From Rhizaria sp. SCN 62-66 (lineage: Eukaryota), in NCBI GenBank assembly GCA_001724265.1, contig MEDY01000004.1:186001-250000 (forward strand): 64,000 bases of DNA. Direction: 5' to 3'. Shown here in pieces: positions 35,976 through 48,716 of this stretch; the stretch's first letter is position 1; each line of letters starts with the position of its first letter. A program made the position numbers and the translations under genes. Under the pieces are notes generated by a model. That model was not told where the DNA came from. It worked only from the letters and a program-made list of their open reading frames with translations, and did not search any database.

Positions 35976-38900
35976 ATGGCAGACCACGCGGCGCCGATCG
36001 CGCCGCCTATGGTGTCTTAGCTTAGTGACGCGCTGTCATAGGGATAGGCACGCGCGCGTGTGCAGCTGCTGTCGTCGCTGTATCCTCGCCTTTACTCAGA
36101 CCCGACATCCTGGTCCTCCATCTCGACGCATTCACCCGTTTCAGGCTTGCTACCGGCGGCTTTAAGTGGGTCATTAGTTGCAGGCGAGGCTTACGGGCTT
36201 GTGCACGCACCAAACTCCAAGTTGTACGCTGCTGGAGCAGTGTCTGCCGCGTCGTGTGCAGAGCGTGTTCAAGTGCCACCGCTCACTGGCAGCCTCCTGG
36301 CGCTGCCGACAACGGCGCTCACCCTTATCCTCCAGCTACTGACGCCACGCGAGCGCGCACGTTTGTCGACCGCAAGTCGCAGCGCGTATGCGTCGCTTGG
36401 CCCAATGGTTCGCAGTGCAGACGCTGCGGGCTATGACTTGCTCGTGAATGCTGCTCCAACGATGCGCGCCGCCGATTACGTTTACACGCCGGTCATTTCC
36501 CACGCTCCTGTCGCTAGCAACCACGCCACTGCAAGTGCGCGTTTTGGTTCCATTCCGACTCGGCCGCGCCCTCAGTTTGCATCGCAGGCCTTTGCTTGCG
36601 CCGCTGGTCTATTGCAGCAACCACTACAGCCAGTATTGTCGACGGATCAGACATCGAACGACACGCAAACTAATCGTGTACCGATGTCTGGTGGCGTATA
36701 TCCACGGCACATTGACCTTTCTTTGCCACCACTGCCACCACTGCCGCCGCTATCGCCGCTGTCGTCAACGGTGCCCTGCGCCAACGGCCCGATGCTTGGC
36801 GCGACGGCCGCTGCGCACTGCCCCACAGCGCATCTGCACTGGCTGGCCCGGTCGCTGGCCGAGCGCGCTGCCGCTGCTGACAGCACTCTGTCGGCCACTC
36901 GAGGTGGTGCGCCGAGTCGGTTTGAGCCCGAGAGCATTGCCACTGCCGGGGCTGGTTTCCCCTCTCTAGCTGCTATTGCCTCGAGTGTGACCACCTCTTG
37001 CGCGAACATGCCGACGTGTTCTGGGCGTGCGACTCTTGCAACGAAGACGTGCAGCGCTGCGTTTGACGACGGCGAGGTGAGCAGTGCTGAATGTGATGCG
37101 GACAGTGAGAGCGGAGACGACTCCGAGTCGGACACAAGAGACAATGATGACACGGATGAGTGCGACCCAGAGCCATATCCTTATGCGTTTTCATGCGGTA
37201 AACGCACCGCAAATAGCAAGGCATCAGAGACTACATCTTCGAGTCATAACGTTGGCACGCTTTATCATGCAGCGCAAAATCCTGCTCACAACGCAACGAA
37301 TACTGAGGGTGTGTACGACTGGCATCGGCACGAGGCACAGCGACGCACCGCACTTTCGAAACTCCAGCAGCTTTGCTTTGCAATGCTCTTGTCAGTTCTT
37401 GAACACCACGATACAATCGAGACCCATCTTGTGCAGTCATCGAAAATGACACATGATGCGCAAACCGCCATGATTCGTACTCTCACTTTGCCCAATACCT
37501 CAGAGGATGCCACCATCCCCGTGCGCTTTAGTGGTTGGTCAACGTTGCAGTCGCTAACGTTAACAGGCTTACCTCTTGCATTGACGGAACCTGCGTTAGC
37601 CCGCGTGCGGTTGGCTGGTGGCGAGTATCTGCGTGTGCTCTTGTTGTCCGCAGCCCAAGTCACCACCGCTGCGCTCACTTCTCTGCAGTTACCTCGACTT
37701 GTGGCACTGGACCTGGCCCGTGCGCGTCTTGTACAGTCACAGCCTGCTGATGGCGACGCACTATCATCCGTGCTCTCACACGCGCCGAGGCTCCGCGCAT
37801 TTGCAGCGCCACCGCAACTGTCGCTGCCTTCTGCACTTACTCGCCTCGGCGTTTCGGTTAATGACGCTTATTTTGGGCGCGCTGGAGGCGGCCTACAGCT
37901 TTTGCGTGCACTGTCGCTAACCGGTGCACGCATTTCTGAGCCGGACCTTGTATCGCTGCTGACGCACTCGACACTAGGACGGTTTCGTGCCAATCCACCA
38001 GAACGGCTTTGGTTGCGCTTGTCTGAGCAAGGTGAAAATGCCGCCACTGCAGCGACACGTCCAGCGACCGCGCGTGAGCGTCGAATGTTGCGGCGTGCTC
38101 TCACCGCACGGTTCCCCCGTCGCGAAGTGCGTCTTGACTTTCTTCCACTCAGCGAGACAAGCATCCGCGCTTTGGTGCTGCCGCCATTACCGCCTGCATC
38201 ACATCTTGCAGCGGACTGCGCGCCACCCACGCTTGCAGCGATAAACAGTGCGAACGCGGCTGCGGAGGCCTCGCACATCTCTGCCCCGGCACTGCTTGGC
38301 CTTTGGCCTGCACCTCCGCTGACAGCTGCCCCCGCGGCCGCTCCTCACAGTGATACACATCCGCCGGTGCGACTTTCGCAGCCGCGCTCTGATGTGTTTT
38401 GTGGCTTGACGACGATTTCTCTGCAAGGCGCGCGTGCCTTGGGCGACCTTGACGTTGCGCTGGTTCTCCGTGCGTGCCCTCGACTTGAATCGCTGACAGT
38501 TACTGCGGCGCGCACGTTGGGGGACCGCGCCTTTGATTGGCTTGCACTTGCTCGTCTTGCAGAAGCCTTGCCTTTGCCAGGTTGCTCGCGTGGTCCCACC
38601 GCAGCGGACTGGTTTGGAAACACCGTAGATGCCGCATCGACTCTTGCATGGGTTCGTCGCCGCGGCGACCAGGCTGCGCGACTGCCGGCTCCGGCGCCCG
38701 CGGAGGCTGCTGCTGGCGCGGTCGTGAGTGCGTGGTGCGCACCGCTGTTTTCTACCCCAGCGCGACTTCGTACCCTTACCGTCACCGGGCAAGCGGGTGT
38801 CACGCTTGCAGGTGCGACCGCGATGCTGGCAGCAGCACCAGCGCTTCAGTCTCTCGATCTCACGGTTGCAGCTCCCACTGCGGCAGTGGAGAGTGCACTT

Positions 38901-40931
38901 GAGCTGGGCAACTATCTTGCTGCTCGTGCGCGCTCTGCCCTCATGTGCGCTACCACAGTACTGCTCGCTGCAGCTGTTGCTGTTGATCCCAGTGCAATCG
39001 TCGTTACAGAACCAATGTCGCCGGTTGCAAGCGAAGAACCTCACTACGATCCAGATAGTGACGATGAGTCCTCTGATGATGCCTCCGCATCATACCAGCC
39101 CTGGAGGCTGGACGTACCTGTCGCGCGCGCCTCTGTGAAAGCTTTTCCGCGGCCCGTTGTTCACAGGGAGCTGCACCCCATCTCCCTTGCGCGCCGTTCT
39201 CGTGCGGTCAACACCACAATTCGGGCGCCTACAGTTGCCCTTGAGGAAGAGGAGGATGATGATGGAGCTCGCGCACGCTCTGCGATGCTGATGCCAGCAC
39301 CTGGCCGTCCTCTTCCTGCTGTATTTCGCATACCTGATCTCACGGCGCCACCTCCTCAGATCAGAGAACGTGCTCGGTCGGCAACGCCTGCAGTGGCGCG
39401 TAGCAAGATGCGCGAAACTGACGCGAGCGCGTTGTCAGAAGAACCATTTGCAGCACCCACAATGTCGCTTAGTACGGCTCTGGAGGCGACAGGTCTAGAT
39501 GCGTTGATTACAAGCGCATTTAGCTCAACTATGTCCTTGTCCCATGCTTGCGAGACTGTTGCGACTGTGCGCGGGCTTATGGCTTCACTGCCACAGCTTG
39601 AACGTCTGTCGCTTGCAGTGTCCGCGACAGCTGTTGGTGATTCTGTGTCTGGACGCATCATCTCTGCATTCGTTCGGTACTTAGAGCCAATTGCTGCAAG
39701 CGAGCTTTGCTCAACTGTCGCCCGAGCTATCGCTTTCTGTTCGTAGTGTGCCCCTGCAGCTGGTGTCGTGGGGCTCGCAGATACCACGCCCACCAGTTGT
39801 GCATGGTGTAACACTCCAGTGGCTCTTGCAGAGATTGACGCCATGTCTTTGTTACGCAAGGCACCGGTGCGCGGACAGTTGCAGGCCTTGCTTGTCACGT
39901 TAGCCAAGTTCTCTGATACCAACACGCGTGTTGCTGTACCGGCAAAACTTGCACACGCTTTTTCCCCGATGCCCAAGCTTAACGAGCTTTTGATTGCAGA
40001 GCCCATCTCCACTGGTGCGCAACAAACACCACCCGCACCTGCTTTCGCTGCATCTGCATTTGCTCTTCAGCACACATGCATTGTGAGCGATAACAATACG
40101 GCGACTTTGCGAGTCAGTCCGCTTGCTTTGCTATTGTCTGTGTCATCACTCCGGTCATTAGTCTTGAGTGGTCCATCCTTGCCTGCAGGTGCGCTGGCCG
40201 CTGCTGCTCGCACACTTCCTCTTCTGCACCACCCCACTGTGCCTTTGCAGAGTCTCTCACTGGCCCACCAGTCGCACGTGACGGATTCAGATCTCGCGGC
40301 CCTGCTGCCATGCCTACCGTCGCTGCGCTCCTTGCACGTTCCTCACGCGCGGACTTTGTCCGACGGTTTTCTGTCCATGTGGGCTGAAGGTAACGACACG
40401 GGCGCGCACGTGGGCTCTTGGCCATGCGTGCAGAGCTTGGATGTGTCTGCGACAGCAGTGACAGACAAAGGCATATTGCGGCTGCTCGGTGGTCCGGCTC
40501 CGCTGCGTCGGCCTGCAAGTGCAATGGCTGCATGGTTATGTGCACACCCAGTGACCCCCGTTGCGGCAACAGCGCTTGAGTCATTGCGCGCCGCGGGCTG
40601 CGCGGTATCAGACTCACTACTGCGCTCGATTGCCGCACGCTGCCCGCGTCTCGTGCTGTTAGACGTCTCACGATCGCTCGTCACTTTTGATGGTCTCTCT
40701 ACGCTTCTACCACCAAAGTCTTTAATTGCACCGATGAGTGGCACATTACCTGAGAGAGGTTCAGAGCACGTTACTACAGTGTCGGTACCTGTGCTTAGCG
40801 CCCCGCGAGAGGTAATTGCGCGCGGCGTAGCGCGAGGTGTCAACGGCGGTAGGGATCTGGCACGACTTGCAGAGGGGTATGCCGGGACTACGACGCTCAT
40901 TTACGAGGACATCAACGAAATGGGAATGTGA
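35976..40931 (+). CDS. F-box / leucine-rich-repeat (FBXL-like) protein, ~1650 aa; internal TAGs at 36018, 36039, 36045 and 39744
   Basis: ATG 35976 (MADHAAPIAPPMVS*LSDALS*G*ARARVQLL) is in frame with ORFs 36060-39746 and 39768-40931. F-box-like LLALPTTALTLILQLLTPRERARLSTASR. LRRs occur on both sides of the 39744 TAG (ACPRLESLTV; LQSLSLAHQSHVTDSDL; RCPRLVLLDVSRSLVT); ends in TGA. Confidence 0.75.
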
Positions 40932-41230
40932 TGGATGATCGGTGAAACGTTCACTGCAAGTATCCTTCAAACCATTATTTCTTTAATCCACTTTAGTACT
41001 TACCTAGACTGAAACTACATACGTAGTAAACTTCCAGATAAAATCAATACACATACACGATGTTTTGCGATTACCTGCTTCTCAATTGACGATGTATTGT
41101 TGGTCTGTGTATGATGAAAATATTAACCGAGTCTAAGTAGTTGCTGTGATTATATAAATTTGATTACGACGCTGTAACGTCCGATACCTCACTTGCAGTA
41201 ACGTTTACAGTCGTCCCATTATGGTTGCAT

Positions 41231-44200
41231 TTACTCGCTGCCGCAGCAGTCACTGGGCTGCTCCCAGCCGCCCGCGCGCGCCATCTCCGCCTCCGCCAGC
41301 AGCAGCGCACGCTTGCGTTCCCAGTAGACCACAGCACGTGTACACGCGTACTCGAGGTACCCAAACCGTCCGGTGCCGTCATCGCTTGACGTGCCTTCGT
41401 CATCAGCGTTGTCACTGCTGTTGTTGTTGTTTGCACCGAAGAGCGTGACGCCCCAGAAGACCCACTGCAGGTGCCCTGCAAGCTGCGCCCACGCTGCCTC
41501 GTACAGGAGCCGCGCAGGTGCCAGGGAGCGAACTGCACGCGCACGCTCGCGCCGAAGACGCCGCTTCCAAGGCCGCACGCCCGCGGCGGCCGCGCCAGAG
41601 TCCGCGGTGGCAACTGCCGAGGGGGACACTGCGCCAATCGTGTCGTCATCGTCCTTCTCGACGCTAGCGTCAGCGTCGGTGTCGGCGCCAGCGCTTTCGT
41701 CTCCGCTGCACTAAGACCCTGTACCGCCACTGCTACCGTGAGCGGCGCGATCGCGCTTGTTGCCGTACACCGCAGCCGCTGTGGCGGCGGCGCCAGTGGC
41801 CATGCCGTGCGCGTAGCACTGCGCGAAGGCGTGCTCCTGAGCGGTGAAGCAGTCGGGCGACAGTTGGGCCAGCAGCGTGCGCCATGACTGCAGACTGCGC
41901 GGCGCGCTGGGATGGAGCGGGCTCCACTCTGCGTTGGCGTCGCAGTCGTCCGTAGAGTCGGACAAGGTGTCGGCACGGGACTGCGGGATGACCTCAAGCA
42001 TCTGCGTCGCGGCGGCAAAGTCGAGGTAGAACCCCGGATACGCGCCGGCATAGGCCATCGTGCGCTCACCGATAGAGTTGGTGATGTCGAAGGCGCGATA
42101 GTTGGGACCGGAGTACTCGAAGTCGATCACTGTGTACGCTGCGGACTCTGCAGCCGCAGCCCTTACAAGACTAGCAATGGTCGTGTGTTCACTGTCGTTC
42201 ACAGTCTTAGCATTCTTGCCGCTGAGTTTACTCTTGCATTGCTTGTGCTTCTCATCGTCGACCATCACGTTGCCGCTATGTAGGTCGTTGTGGCAAAAGA
42301 CCGTGGGCACCCTGAGCGCGTGCAGACGCCGCAGCACCCACGCGGCCTCGCGCCGCAGCGCGGGCAGGTCGATAAACCGCAGTAGCGCTGCCGCGGCCGC
42401 GCGCGAGGGTACTGGGCTGCGCGGGCCCGCCGCGGCCGCCGAGTCGCTGTCGCGGACCGCTGCCGGCGGCATCGGGAGGAAATGCGTCCGCAAGTACGGC
42501 GCCACGGCAGGCGGTAGCGGCGCGGGCAGGAACGCCAGCGACGGGTCCGCGGCGATGTCGGCCGCGGAGCGCGTGGGCGGGGGCGCAAGGCGCATGCGGA
42601 CTTGCTGTCGTGCTTGCTGCTGCTGTTTATGCTCGGGTTGCGGAATGATTTCGTCGGACTTAGCGGGAGAGTAAGTGTACGTGTATATAGACGTGAGTGT
42701 AACAGTCAGCGCCGGCGATGCAGTAAGTACATGCGGCGGAGCAGTCGCGAGCGCAGCGGCGGCAGCGGAGGCCGCAAGCGCGTACCACGACGATAGGTAC
42801 TGCGCAAGTGATGTCGCGGGCGCGCCGGCGGGCCGTGGGACGGCGGCGGTAGACCGGTGGGGGTCGATGAGCTGCGGCGCGGAGTGCAGCAGGCGGGGGA
42901 CTACCTCTAGCGGCTACGCAAAAATAACATTGTTGAATAAGAAACATGAGAATAAGTCATACAGTGATCATATGCACCATACATGAGTGGATGAAGATAT
43001 TTGTAATGCTGACGTACAAGTGCGTGCATGCGGCCCATCGAGTAAGCCACCACGGCGATGACCGCTGGGACGTGCCACTCAGGAGCACGCAGTGTGCGGC
43101 CGCGGATGAACGACACAATACGACCGTTCAACGGTACACTATTGGGACTCGAGCTTGTACCCGGACTCGAGTTTGGAGTCACGTTCACGGTCACGATGGC
43201 AGACGCAGCAGGTTTGCCCGATGCGCGGCTGTCGGCAGAGAGAGTGAGCGATGTGGCTGGTTTATCTGCAGCGTCTACTTGCGCAGCACCGTTGAACGGG
43301 ACGAGCTTGGTTTCACCAGAGTTACCACTGCTGCTGCTGCTGCTACTGCTGCTGCTAACTGTGACAATTGAGTTCGCATTAACATTGCTAAAGCTAAGGT
43401 TCGCGTTGCTAACTGCGTTCGCGTGTGCGTTGTCGCTGCTCTTGCCGCTGACGCTGTCAGTGTTGCTGCTCAAGTCCGCAGCCTCGTCCGCGAACTCGTG
43501 GAATACAGTCTCGCCGAGCCCGAAGCGCGAGGCGAGTGCGACCATGGCCATCTCATGCCCGCGGTCAGTGAAGTCCGCCTGCCCGAACAGTCGCAGCACG
43601 CACTCGCCGGGCATCGCCCCTGCTGCGGACGCCGCCGCGGACTGCGCGGTCGCGGCTGAGGTCTGGGAGTCGCTTTGAGTCTCCATCTGGGTCAGATCGC
43701 ACTGGGAGGAGGTCACTGTGGGCTCAGTGGGGAAAGCGGCTGCAGGCAGAGTGAGCTTAAACATGCGGTTGGTTAGTCCGCCTGTGATGACGGAGACCGC
43801 GATGTCTTGCCAGACAGCCGCGGGGATCGACTGCGCGGGGCGGGGCGGGGCGGGGTAGAGCGACAAAGAGAAACGTAAAAAAAAGACAATATAGACAAGT
43901 TAAAACGTTACTGTTATGCATTCAATAGAAAGTACATAACAGAGAGATGACTGTTTCAATGCGGTTCGCGGTGACAAGCTCACGTACGTCCCAGCCCGTG
44001 ACCTTAGTGCGCGCGAGCTCGATCAGACGGATGAGATGCGCGTCCGAGACCAGCGCCGCCACGTCAGGCCCGCGCACGCGCTCCAGGTCCACCGCAAACT
44101 CCGGTGGCGCAAGGCGCGTGCCAGAACCGGGCGGGGACTGCTGCGAGCGCGAGACAGTGTTGTCGAAGTTGTAGGTGTCGGAGTGCACTGAGTGGGCGAG

Positions 44201-44527
44201 CGAGGCCATGCTGGCGCCGCCGGGGAGCGGGGACATCGGCTCCTCAGTCGTGGCGGAGTCGCTGCCATCAGCAGGAAAAGTGCCAGAGTAGAACAGTTCT
44301 TCCTCAGCCTCTGTTGTGGCGTCAGCGTTGTCGTTGTCATCATTCTCGTTGGTGCTGTCATTGGCTGCGAGCGACGGGTCGGCGACGGGCGAGCTAGCGT
44401 TGGGCGCGTTGCGACGGGAAAAGCGCCGGGACGGAAACAGAATTCGCCGGCTAGTTGCCCAGCCAGTGGCAATTGCGCACGTAATAGCGATGCGCCAGCT
44501 GGAGGACTTGCTCCATTGGACCGACAT
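41231..44527 (-). CDS. Choline/ethanolamine kinase; exons 44527-43988, 43830-43018, 42913-41231; internal TAG at 41713-41711
   Basis: ITGGLTNRMF, VLRLFG, MGRMHAL, Brenner motif FCHNDLHSGNVM and IDFEYSGPNYRAFDITN precede the TAG. The C-terminal block HLQWVFWG...FGYLEYACTRAVVY follows it. Two phase-0 GTACGT...AG introns; ends in TAA. Confidence 0.88.
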
Positions 44528-45472
44528 GTTGCGTGTCAAGCGCGTGGAGAGTGGAAGAAACGGGGAGAAGGCTGACAGAATAACAAGACGACGTGGGGTG
44601 ATAACAAAACGATCAGTTCGTAGAATTAAAGACTCAAATAAGATATACACGTGTAAATGTGGCAGTCATATCCTATAGCTACTGACGGTCATATGACTCC
44701 AGTATAGTTGAGCGAACAAAGTTCCATCGAACGCACTCCGTGCACTCGAGCAGCACACATTATTTACTCGTGTATGCACAGCATCACAAGTGATAGCATG
44801 TGCGCATGTTTTTATAACGTTTATACACTTTAAAGTGCGTTACTAAAAATTATGCATGCATTTTTATTCGGTATATGGCTTGGTATCTGTTGCTTTGCTA
44901 GGCTCACCACGAACACTTCGCAGTGCATGACAAAGCCCTCCATGCTTGCGCTAAGATACTTAAGTCAGATAGATGTGAAATAATATCTTGAAATATGAAA
45001 TAGCACACCAAAAGGCAGTCAATCGTGCATCGAAACGCCCTGCGAAACGTTGCCATATACTGTCATATACATGGTGCAGATGTTCATACCAGTTCTAAAC
45101 AAAAATAAGCATTGTATTCAGAGTTGAGATTCATTCACGATGCCTTCATGCTCTCAAACTCGGCCCCGCAGCAGTATAATCACACATACAGCATTGCAGT
45201 CGACCTCGCTTGCCTGCACCCGAAACTTGATGACGTTCAGGCATTGCGAAACGCAACCGTCAAGACATGAACAAGGAATCTAAAACTAAGTAAACTAAAC
45301 ACCACACAGAACGGATGTGTGCAAAATACACATTAATAGTAATGTTCTCATAAAACCTGGACGTGTGAGATCAACAAAACGCAAGTTATCGACCTCTGTC
45401 ACGACTTGTTTGTCGTGACTGCAAGTGCACACACGTCCGAAAGCAAAGCAAGCAATCATGCTGACATCACGC

Positions 45473-48262
45473 TCACGCTTTCTTCTTCGCAGGCGTGTTG
45501 TCACCCTTGCCCTTGCCCCGAGGCTTCCCAGCGCCAGCTTTACCAGCCGAAGCCGCGACCGAGCTCGCCTTATTCTCCGCGTCAGCATCAGCCTCAGCCT
45601 CAGCGTCGTTGTCGTTGTCGCAGTCATCGTCGCCATCATCCTGTGCTACGGAAGCGGCGGCGCCGAGGCCGCAGATCCAGCCGACGCCGCAGTCACCGGG
45701 CTGGTCGTCGTCGTCATCCTCGCCCTCAACCTCGACGAGCGTGCGCGAGTTGGCGGGCAGACAGAGCAGCTGGAAGTAGACGAGGAAGACGAAAGCGAGC
45801 CCGAAGGGCACGAAGCCGCCCACGGCGAACATGAGCTCCTTGAGGAAGGGGTACCGCTCCGACGCGGGCGCGAAGGCGTCGTAGGCGTGCACAAGCAGGA
45901 ACATGACCTGCATGGCCGTGGCCACAGACACCGAGAGGTCTTCGCGAACGCTCTCTCCACTCACGACTCCAGGTGCAGGCGCAGCAGCAGCGGGAGCGGC
46001 GGACTTGCTACCCGTCTGCGAGGACTCTGAAGCAGACTGCGACTGTGAGGATGCAAAAGAAGATGGGGGGGAGAAAAGGCGCGCACAGAGGGCGTTGGTA
46101 CCGGTGGAAAAGAGCGTGGGGACGCGGTAGAGTGAGACGCTGTGGATGGTCGACCCCATGAGCCAGGCGATGTGCAGGAACACGTATGGGATCACGAGCC
46201 CGTCGCGGCGCAGCAGCGGGAACATCGAGAAGAGCGCGGCCGAGCCGAGCGTGACGACGAGCCGCGGGTGGTAGAGCAGCAGCAGCGTCAGTGCCGTGGT
46301 GGGGAAGATGATGCTCTTTTCGTGGACTTGAAATGAGAAAAGGAAGAAGGCGAAGGCGATGGCCGACAGCGAGTAGACGAAGCGACGGCTTGTGGGCCGC
46401 AGCACCAGGTCCACGCAGCTGGGCAGCGCGGCCGCCAGCGTGAGCAGCAGCGAGAAGAAGGCCAAGCGTTCGGGCGCGAAACGCTCCTTCCAGCGGAAGA
46501 CGACGGCCGATACGCACCAGAAGTTGGCGACCTTGTCCTCGAAGATGTTGCGGCCGACGGGGAACATGCGGCGCAGTACGTGGCCCAGCCCCGCCGCGGC
46601 CTCGCTCAGCGAGCGCGCAAGCCGCGGCGCGGGCGCCGGAGACAGCAGGTCCGCCTCGGTGCGCGCGGCCGAAAGCGGCAGCTCGGGCGAGTCGGCCGTG
46701 GGAGTCAACAGCGCGAAGGGGGCCAGGATCACGGCCAGCGCCAGGATCACGGTGGCGCCGATTGCGGCAACGCGCTTGACGGCGGCAATGCTCAGGCGCG
46801 GACCGGGCACGCGCGCGTCAACAATCGAACTGGCCGCGACAACAGCAGCAGCAGCAGCAGCAGCATCAGGAGGAGCCACTGCGGGAGCAGGAACGGAGTT
46901 CTTGTTGCTGTTGCTGCTCTTGATCTTAGCGGAGTCAGCGTTCTCTTGCGCGGCGGCCGCAGGTGCAGCTGTCGGGGTGGGCGCGGGCACAGGCGCGGGT
47001 GCGATGCGGAGAGCTGCGCCGAGCATGACTGCGAAGAAGGGCAGTGCGTAGTAGAGCGCGATGTGCTTGAACATGAAGGAGCCGACGAAGCAGAGCGCGG
47101 CCGTCTTGTAGTTGCGGTTGAGCACAAACGACACAGCCCACAGCGCAAGTCCCACGGCAATGCCGTTGTACTGGAAGTGGCCGTGGTCGATGATGAGCAG
47201 CGCCGGCTGCGTCAGCAACGCTGTGGCGACGAGCGCGCGCGACGAGGCGGGGTAGCGCTTGTAGAGGGCCCAGCAGGCGTAGAAGGCGGCGGGGATGTAG
47301 ACCACCAGGTCGCCGCAGATAACCGACCAGCGCATGAACATCTTGCTGGGCGCCGACTCGTACCCGCGCGAGAGGAACTGCGCCGTCAGCGAGGGCACCA
47401 CGAGCGCGTCGGCGGCCGCGCCCCACAGGTACGCCCAGTAGGCCGACAGCGGCGGGTAGTCGAGCCCCCAGTAGAGCAGGTCGTTCTGGCGCGTGTTGCG
47501 GTACCAGTCCGAGACTGGCAGCGAGCGTGTGACCTCCATCCAGTGGCGCTGCGCCTCGTAGTCGCCGCGCATGGCGCCGCCGCCCGAGGCGAGCGAGCCG
47601 GAGAAGGAGTGTTGGCCGACCGAGATGCGGATGAACAGCCCGGCAAACACCAGCACGCCCGCGCCTGTCCAGAACAACGCGTGGTTGCGGGCCAGGCGCG
47701 CGAGCAGGCGGCGCAGGCGCTCCTCAGCCGGGGACGCCACGGGCCGCGGCGGCAGCGCCGAGTCGGCGCCAGGCGGGAGCTCCGTGTCGAGTCCGCCGAG
47801 AGCGCCGCGGGAGAGCGTGAGCGACGACGAAGACCGCAGCGACGGATCCGCGTCGTCATCGCTAGGCGTATTCGCGGGCGCCGCAACAGCGGCGCGCGGG
47901 GGCCCCGCGAGCACGGCCGCCAGCGCAGCGGGGTCGGCCGTGTAGGCGCGCGGGATCGGGGTGCGCAGGAAGAGCCACTCGAACTTCCACGCGTCGCGCT
48001 TGGCGCGGGGCGCACGGTAGCAGTAGATGGGGCTCGGTGGAGGGTCGCGAAAGAAGTAGCGCAGGAAGCCCTCGGCGCCGGAGTCCATGATGTTGCCGCC
48101 GACGTAGCGCAGCGTGCCGAGTTTGTAGCGCAGGCGGTCCAAGTCAACGCGCCGCCGCCGCTGTCGCGTGTCGTCGGTGGGAACGTCCGTCGCAGTCGCA
48201 GTGGCCGTCGCCGCGTCGGGCGAGTACACCGCGCTCAGCTCGTCGCTGGCCAGGAAGCTCAT
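45473..48262 (-). CDS. ALG6: Dolichyl-P-Glc:Man9GlcNAc2-PP-Dol alpha-1,3-glucosyltransferase ALG6
   Basis: GDYEAQRHWMEVT, YWGLDYPPLSAY, IDHGHFQYN, FEDKVANFWC and FFLFSFQVHEKSI; multiple TM segments; C-terminal KKKA dilysine ER signal; ends in TGA. Confidence 0.92.
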   Translation of the reverse strand: MSFLASDELSAVYSPDAATATATATDVPTDDTRQRRRRVDLDRLRYKLGTLRYVGGNIMDSGAEGFLRYFFRDPPPSPIYCYRAPRAKRDAWKFEWLFLRTPIPRAYTADPAALAAVLAGPPRAAVAAPANTPSDDDADPSLRSSSSLTLSRGALGGLDTELPPGADSALPPRPVASPAEERLRRLLARLARNHALFWTGAGVLVFAGLFIRISVGQHSFSGSLASGGGAMRGDYEAQRHWMEVTRSLPVSDWYRNTRQNDLLYWGLDYPPLSAYWAYLWGAAADALVVPSLTAQFLSRGYESAPSKMFMRWSVICGDLVVYIPAAFYACWALYKRYPASSRALVATALLTQPALLIIDHGHFQYNGIAVGLALWAVSFVLNRNYKTAALCFVGSFMFKHIALYYALPFFAVMLGAALRIAPAPVPAPTPTAAPAAAAQENADSAKIKSSNSNKNSVPAPAVAPPDAAAAAAAVVAASSIVDARVPGPRLSIAAVKRVAAIGATVILALAVILAPFALLTPTADSPELPLSAARTEADLLSPAPAPRLARSLSEAAAGLGHVLRRMFPVGRNIFEDKVANFWCVSAVVFRWKERFAPERLAFFSLLLTLAAALPSCVDLVLRPTSRRFVYSLSAIAFAFFLFSFQVHEKSIIFPTTALTLLLLYHPRLVVTLGSAALFSMFPLLRRDGLVIPYVFLHIAWLMGSTIHSVSLYRVPTLFSTGTNALCARLFSPPSSFASSQSQSASESSQTGSKSAAPAAAAPAPGVVSGESVREDLSVSVATAMQVMFLLVHAYDAFAPASERYPFLKELMFAVGGFVPFGLAFVFLVYFQLLCLPANSRTLVEVEGEDDDDDQPGDCGVGWICGLGAAASVAQDDGDDDCDNDNDAEAEADADAENKASSVAASAGKAGAGKPRGKGKGDNTPAKKKA

Positions 48263-48716
48263 TGACGGCGAAAATGGTCTCACAGCGCGAGCGCAGTACG
48301 ATTACGAGTGGGTTCGAATATGATGGTGGCGAAGAAAGCTACCGTCGAATCAAGAGGCGTACACACATGAATAAATCGCGTGTGAGATTACCGTTGAAAT
48401 AATAAACAGGACACTCAAAACCAAATAAGATAATCGACGGAAAAATGTTAAACATGCTGCTACACGGCGAGTATGCTTCTCTAAAGTTGGCCTTCTCGCC
48501 ACGGCTGAGACGCTCGGCTGCCCCAGAAGTTTTTGTGGCTGCCAGCTAAGCTCACAAGTCCGATGACTAAAGCAATGCATCTGCCCAGTCAGACTCCGTC
48601 AACCAGGGACAGCGCAACGTGTTTGGAATTACCAAACTTGTTTTGTATATGATCCTATTATTGTTTTACTTCCGACCTCTAACTATGCCTTCCCTGTCGC
48701 TTTTCTCCCCCAGCAG

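Noticed and set aside
42907-43017. TAG ending ORF 43866-42907 as another sense TAG
   Set aside because: The GTACGT...TAG intron 43017-42914 shifts the frame (MHAL|PLEVVPR), so that TAG is out of frame in the mRNA.
48640-48716. Possible 5'-UTR intron before Zim17 (CTAAC, pyrimidine tract, CAG|ATG)
   Set aside because: No GTACG donor upstream; cannot be supported without transcripts.
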